NCBI GenBank assembly: GCA_013416795.1
Contig: RQSC01001165.1
Span: 64,741 to 128,740 of the forward strand
Direction of reading: 5' to 3'
Source: Prasinococcaceae sp. CCMP 1430
Taxonomy: Eukaryota > Plantae > Prasinodermophyta
DNA: 64,000 bases
Below are positions 58,703 through 64,000 of this stretch, piece after piece. The notes under the pieces are model-generated. The model made no database searches. It was not told the origin of the DNA and was given only the letters and a program-made list of their open reading frames with translations. Positions within the stretch are counted from its first letter, which is position 1. Every line of letters starts with the position of its first letter. The position numbers and the translations under genes are program-made.

Positions 58703-59662
58703 ATGATGTCGGCGTCGGAGCCTGCAGCGGCAGCCGAGGCGCCCGCGCCAGTGGCACCCCCGGCGCAGCCGCAGCGCGCGCCGCTCGACTCTACGTGGCC
58801 ATGGGGCCTGGTCTGCCTGGCCTCGCTGATCGAATTCGCGGCGGCTGCGGACGCGGAGAACACCAACTCGCCCTGTGATCAAGCCGGTAAGGAGCGGGCG
58901 CTGTTGAGCGCGCGGCCGCAGGATGCTGCCAGCGAGCCAATACTGTCATGCTGCCGGCAGCGGATACGCTGGGTCTAGCGGTGCCTCCTAGCTGCTAGTC
59001 ACTGCCCTTGCGTGACAGTAACGTGCGCGCGCGCGCGCGCGCTGCGCTCCCCGCCGTGGCGGGAGGCGTATGATGCGGGCGCCTTTGAGTGTTGTTGGTC
59101 CGCACGCGTGCGAGCTGACAATCCGCGCTCCTGTTGCCAACACCCGTCATCGATCCCACGCGCACCGTCGATGCGCGCAGGGCCTGCAGCCGTCACGCAG
59201 GGCAAATGTAACTGGGCGATCGCCGTAGGCGTCATTGCCTTCGTGTTCGCTCTCGTCATGATGTTCCTCGTGATCTTCTTCAAGCGTTCGAGCATGGCGA
59301 TTGTAGAGTGCGCGATGGCCGGCTTCTTCTGCATCTGGTGGGCGGTCGGCACGGCCGTCAACGTATCCGCGGAAGGCCCATTCCCCGATCCAGGCAACGT
59401 CTACTACGCGTCCTGGGTCGCGCTCTTCACGAGCAGCTACCTACTCTACGTGTCTGTCGTCAACGTGACGCGGCCAGCTGAGGACGACGTGGGCGTCCAG
59501 GCCGAGAGCAAGGGCGACCAGCCGGCGCGGTCCCGGGGTCACAGGCACCGCAACAAGAAGGACGAGGGCACCGAGATGACTGCCACCGGACCCGAGCCCC
59601 CGAAGTCGCCCGAGCCACTCGCCCCCGAGGCAGAGTACGCCGACGCTGCTGCGGCCGAATAG
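58703..59662 (+). CDS. Small four-TM (MARVEL-like) membrane protein; intron about 58887-59180
   Basis: Four hydrophobic segments (GLVCLASLIEF, WAIAVGVIAFVFAL, GFFCIWWAVG, GNVYYASWVALF). Confidence 0.6.
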
Positions 59663-59966
59663 TCGGCTGACAACACAAGTGGTGCTGCGGAGACGCACGT
59701 TACGGCGCGTAGGGCAGGGCAGGTGGCGCCCGCGCAGACCGCAGTTGTAGCAGCAGCGAGTGCACAGGAGCAAGCCACCGCCCCATCGACAGCGGTCACG
59801 AGTAGCACTGATATGAAGTGCTGCAGCAGGCCACGCATAGCACCCACGCAGCGGTAGTAGCTGCTCTTCTCGATGGGTTTTGAAGAAAAGATGTCTCTCG
59901 CACACCTCGCGACGGCGAGCACACGGTGGCGCGCCACACCGCGCGGGCGCGGCGGTGCCAACGGCG

Positions 59967-60906
59967 ATGGGGGCGGGCGAGCCCGACTCGCCTCCGCCAC
60001 AGCCACTACGCGCGCCGGACCTACGCGACCTACGCGTCGCCGACGACGTCTACGAGCCCGCCGAGGACAGCTTTGCACTGGTCGACGCGCTCGCGCTCGC
60101 GCTCGCGGCCGCGACCGCCGCAAACACGCTGCCCCGTGTGGCGCTCGAGGTCGGCTGCGGCAGTGGCTTTGTCTCCGCCGCGGTCGCCGCGGCGCTGAGC
60201 GATCCGAAGAGCGCCTATGCCGTGGAAGGCGCGAGGGTGTACGCCACCGACTGCAACCCGGCTGCGTGTGCGGCAACCCGTGCGTTGCTCGCTGCGCACG
60301 CACCTGCGGCTGCCGCCGACGTGCGCGAGTGCGACCTCGAGGGCGCGCTCGCAACAGAGCTGCGGGGTGCGGTCGATCTGCTCGTGTTCAACCCGCCGTA
60401 CGTGCCGTCGCCCGAGGACGAGGTCGGTGGGCCGCGCATTGAGGCCGCTTGGGCTGGCGGCGAGCGCGGGCGCGTCGTCATCGACAGGCTGCTGCCAAGG
60501 GTCGCCAATCTCCTCTCAGGTGAGAACGGCTGCGCTGGCAGGGCCGAGGGCGAGGAAGTGCCTCCCAGCACCTTCCCAGCCACGCACGCGCGAAAGTGCC
60601 GTCCAATCCAGCCCGGAGGCCACTGACAGACAGAGGCTTGCGCGAGCGCTCGCGCGCGCGCGGGCGGTGCTGACTCTCGCCCGTCGCTTCTCACACCCTG
60701 CGGCGACGGCGCTCGCCCGCTCCGAACGCCCGCCCTCGCGCGCAGAGACGGGCGTTTTCGTGCTCCTTACCATCGCGGAGAACGAGCCAGACCAGATCCT
60801 GCGCGAGGCGGCACCTGCCGCGGGACTGTCGGGCGAGGTGATCTTCGAGAAGCGCGCGTGGAACGAGAAGTACTCCATCCTTTGCCTGCGCAGGGCGCGA
60901 GCGTAG
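59967..60906 (+). CDS. N6AMT1: HemK2/N6AMT1 (Mtq2) eRF1 glutamine methyltransferase; intron 60520-60745
   Basis: DVYEPAEDSFALVDAL; LEVGCGSG; FNPPYVPS; AWAGGERGRVVID. Confidence 0.9.
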
Positions 60907-61132
60907 AGCGCCGATGGAGCGCAGCACGGCTGGCACATGTATTCTACGATTTTGTATGATACAGAGTGGTTCTGAGTGGCGCGGCGGCGCAGGGCGCGGT
61001 GGCGCTTGCTATCGCGGGGTCTTGAGAACGCTGCGCCTCGCTCTTGTGGCGGCGCGACCATGCGCGCGCATCAGTAGTGGCGTCGGTCACACTGAAATGC
61101 GGTCGACGCCTGCCGCGACCTGCCTGCAATCG

Positions 61133-62110
61133 CTACACCGCCTCGGTCTCTTTGAACCTGTACGCCCATGCCCTCGCGTCCGACAGCCCCGCCTCGTACA
61201 TCGGCACGATTTCCGAAGGGGTGGGTACAGCAGCCACCGTCAGGTTCCAGGCTGTGGAGCTCATCTTGGAGCCCGCGCCACGGCCGTCGCGCTGCAGGCG
61301 CTCGACGATTCCTGGTTGAATGTCCAGCGATGGGGGTCGCAGGCTGTGGAGCAGCGTGGCAGCCGTCGGGTTGAAGCAACTGACGCTGACGACCCGCTTG
61401 GCGGGCGAAGGCAGGTCGGGGAGGAAGCTCGAGAAGTAGCCGTCTATGTGGGCGCGGCCGCGCAGAGTGGTGAAGGGCGCGACCCGCATGTACCCTGGGA
61501 TGAAGGAGCTGGCAATGACCGCCTCGATGACGTCGGCCTTGCTGCTGAAGTCGCTCACGACCAACTTCTGGGGAGGCAGCAGCCGCGTGACGCCGACGCC
61601 GACACGGCCAGCGCACGCCTCGGCGACGTCGGCGGGCAACTCGCGCTCGAGAACGTCGCGTAGCACGCCCTCGACGGAGCCGACGACACCCGCCTCAAGC
61701 GATCTGGCGAATGTCTGCTCGCACAGCGACAGCAGCTTGTCCGAGCGCAAGCCAGCAGCCTCGCACACCACGCAGATGGCACCCGCGGACGAGCCGGCGA
61801 GCGGCGACGACGGCAGGAGGAGTTCCTCGTCGCGCAGGGCCTGCAGCACGCCGATATAGTATGGGAAGAGAAACGCACCGGGCGAGAAGCGGAAGCCCAG
61901 CGGCGGCAGCACCGCGCCGCCGCCGTCTGAGGGAGCGGAGGCGGCGGCGGACGAGGAGGCGCCGCGCCTCGCGCTTCGACGACGCGCAGCGGCCGTCACT
62001 GCCCGCGCGGACGGAACCCGCGCTCCATGCGCGACAGTGCCGCTCCCCCTCCCACGTGGCGCGTGCCTGGCTGCACGCGCGATCGCATGCGCAGTCCCCG
62101 CCGGCAGCAT
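61133..62110 (-). CDS. Patatin-like phospholipase with transit peptide
   Basis: FSPGAFLFPYYIGV; GSSAG nucleophile; ASSFIP; DGY. Confidence 0.88.
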   Translation of the reverse strand: MLPAGTAHAIARAARHAPRGRGSGTVAHGARVPSARAVTAAARRRSARRGASSSAAASAPSDGGGAVLPPLGFRFSPGAFLFPYYIGVLQALRDEELLLPSSPLAGSSAGAICVVCEAAGLRSDKLLSLCEQTFARSLEAGVVGSVEGVLRDVLERELPADVAEACAGRVGVGVTRLLPPQKLVVSDFSSKADVIEAVIASSFIPGYMRVAPFTTLRGRAHIDGYFSSFLPDLPSPAKRVVSVSCFNPTAATLLHSLRPPSLDIQPGIVERLQRDGRGAGSKMSSTAWNLTVAAVPTPSEIVPMYEAGLSDARAWAYRFKETEAV

Positions 62111-62231
62111 GGTGCGCGTTGCGCCCGCCGCCGCGCGCTGTGGCCCTCCCGCGTCCGCCCAGCGAGCGCGAGCACCCTCAGCTGCGTCAAACGACGCGCG
62201 CGGCAGGCGCGGCTGCCCTGCTCGCGCCCCT

Positions 62232-62273
<42 letters not shown>

Positions 62274-62409
62274 ACGCCCGCACACCCCCCCCTCGCCCGC
62301 CCGCCCGGCGTGTGCTGTGTGGCACGCACAAACCGCAAATGGGCGCATGCGTGAGCACACACCACTGACACATTTGAATTGTACCATTGTTTCGAAAGGG
62401 CGATCCGCA

Positions 62410-64000
62410 TTACAGATCGGCGATGAGCGCCTCGGCCGCCTCCCGGCCGCTCTTGAAGGCGCCATCGAGCGTAGAGGCGGCCCTGTGGTCACCGCACACG
62501 AAGAGCCCGTCGGCGAGCCTGCGGGCGCGAGCGGAGCGGAGCGCGTGCGGCGGGCGATCCGTCAGTCGCGCGATGCGGGCCGGATGGGCTGCGCCGTGCG
62601 CACAGCGTATTCACGCATGTGTCCATGCGTCGACACGCGCGCCTGGGGGTGGGGGCGCGCACACGTACCTGACGGGGCGGCCGAGGTTAGTCGGCGGTGA
62701 TTGCGCGGGCTGCGCGAACGGTATCCTGTACACCGCGAGCGCCTGCCACTGTGACGTGCTCGCCTCACCAAACCACGCCGCCATCTCCGACCGGACGGCC
62801 TCGGTGAGCTCTTCGTCGCTCATGTCATTCGCCACACCCAGCACCGACGTCGACACCAGCGCCTTGCCAGGCGGCGCATACGCGGGCGCAACGGCGCTGG
62901 GCACGCATGCGTTGTTGACGAGTCCGCCGTCCCTCTCGCCATTGAGATACAAGATTGGCTCCTCGCCCGCGCCGGGCGCCGCTGACTTCGGGCAGCCGAA
63001 ATACACGCAGGCCGTGCCAACGCCGGGTTCCGAATTGGTTGGTGTGTCGCCGAGCCGCTCGCCCAGCAGCGCCTTGGCAGCAGGCCCCTCAGCTGCCACC
63101 ACGACGCCCGCCGGCGCCTCAATGACGCTTCCGTCTTCGAGAGTCACCGTGCGTGCGCCCTCGTCTACGGCGACCACTCTCGCGCCCAGCCGCACACAGC
63201 CCTGCGGCAGGGCGCGCTCGAGCTGGGTCGCGACCTCGCCTATTCCCGCAGCCGGAAGGCAGTTGTCGCCGACGGCGAGCATGTGAAAGACCCAGTCGAA
63301 GAGGCGCGAGGTAGTCTGCAAATTGTCGTCGAAAAAGATGCCTCCGAAGAACGGGCGGAAGAACCTATCGATCATCACCGGGGAGAAGCCGAGCGATTCC
63401 AGCCGCTGCATGATAGTCGTCTCGGGCTGCGAGGTTGCATACGAGGCGCGTGAGTGTGCGTGCACAGGCATACGCCGCGGCACGCGTGTTAGCGGCGCTG
63501 GTGCTTCGCTCTCTCTCTCTGCGCAGAGTGGGATCGCTCGCGGGCCCGCAGGAGCACGCACCTTGGCAAGCAGCGCGTAAGGATCCTGTATCATCGCGAG
63601 CGCGCGCGCGACGCCCACGCGGATCTTGTCCAGAGGAGAGCCGATGGCGTGCGATGGTGCGAGCGTGGCGATGCCATCCAGGGGCTTGCGCAGCGGATCG
63701 GCCACCCGGTGGAACTCGCCGCCGTTACGCACGAGCGCGCCGGGATAGAACTTGCGCAGGTCCAGCGCCCCGTAGTCCAGCGTCTCGCGGACTTCAGGAT
63801 ACGCGCTCAGGAAGACATGGAAGCCTCTGTCTAGCAAGTAGCCGTCTTGTTCATCTGTGCGCACGCGCCCACCCACGCCATCGGAGGCCTCAAGTAGCGT
63901 CACGTGCACACCAGCGGCTGACAGCGTACGCGCGGCGCACAGCCCTGCGACGCCCCCTCCGACGACGACGGCCTCGCGCGCACCGGGCGAGCCGCCGGCC
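62410..64000 (-). CDS. FAD-dependent amine oxidase / phytoene-dehydrogenase-like oxidoreductase (5' truncated); introns 63427-63561 and 62519-62668
   Basis: VVVGGGVAGL..LEASDGVGGRVRTD..LDRGF; FFRPFFGGIF; last exon LFVCGDHR..TLDGAFKSGREAA. Confidence 0.85.

Noticed and set aside
521-58978. Many long alternative ORFs (e.g. 521-1201, 10265-11425, 37975-39918, 40371-42236, 56033-58978)
   Set aside because: They are Arg/Ala/Pro-rich antisense or off-frame shadows of real genes, expected at this GC content, and carry no family motifs
62408-62414. TAATG stop-start overlap between the oxidoreductase and the patatin frame
   Set aside because: It coincides with a TGTAA poly(A) signal, the extension runs through a poly-G tract, and ATG 62110 gives a good transit peptide

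Overview
This is gene-dense, very GC-rich eukaryotic nuclear DNA. It has short GT-AG introns (donors often GTGCGY), TGTAA poly(A) signals and plastid-transit-like N-termini, so it is most consistent with a prasinophyte-grade green alga (inference). About 30 protein genes can be reconstructed by hand-splicing; most long ORFs in the supplied track are antisense or GC shadows. Recognisable genes include AARE (3' end), CbbY, importin-4, DOHH, an APRL/TXNDC15-like thioredoxin, a BUD23-like methyltransferase, UBE2K, SMARCD/BAF60, a B3-Tudor protein, ABCG, a P3A H+-ATPase, a CDPK, a CBS protein, dienelactone hydrolase, OCRL/INPP5B, METTL5, PTPA, an M20 peptidase, N6AMT1, patatin and an FAD oxidoreductase. 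The most unusual part is a lower-GC island at about 29.0-35.2 kb. It holds an SGS3-like gene (two zinc fingers, XS domain, coiled coil) converging on a chromodomain plus triple-Tudor gene, whose first in-frame start codon sits inside an 86-bp near-perfect hairpin. A tandem repeat lies upstream of that gene and similar TTTGAT..ATCAAA palindromes bracket the island, which may be an RNA-silencing/chromatin-reader module. Other unusual architectures are a PH + bacterial-type Ig x3 + CH protein, a p25alpha/TPPP-like + TM + extensin protein and a SAP + integrase-repeat-like protein. There is also a head-to-head CDS overlap and an in-frame ABCG-to-SAP bicistron or readthrough candidate. Domain calls come from motif recognition by eye, not from database searches.
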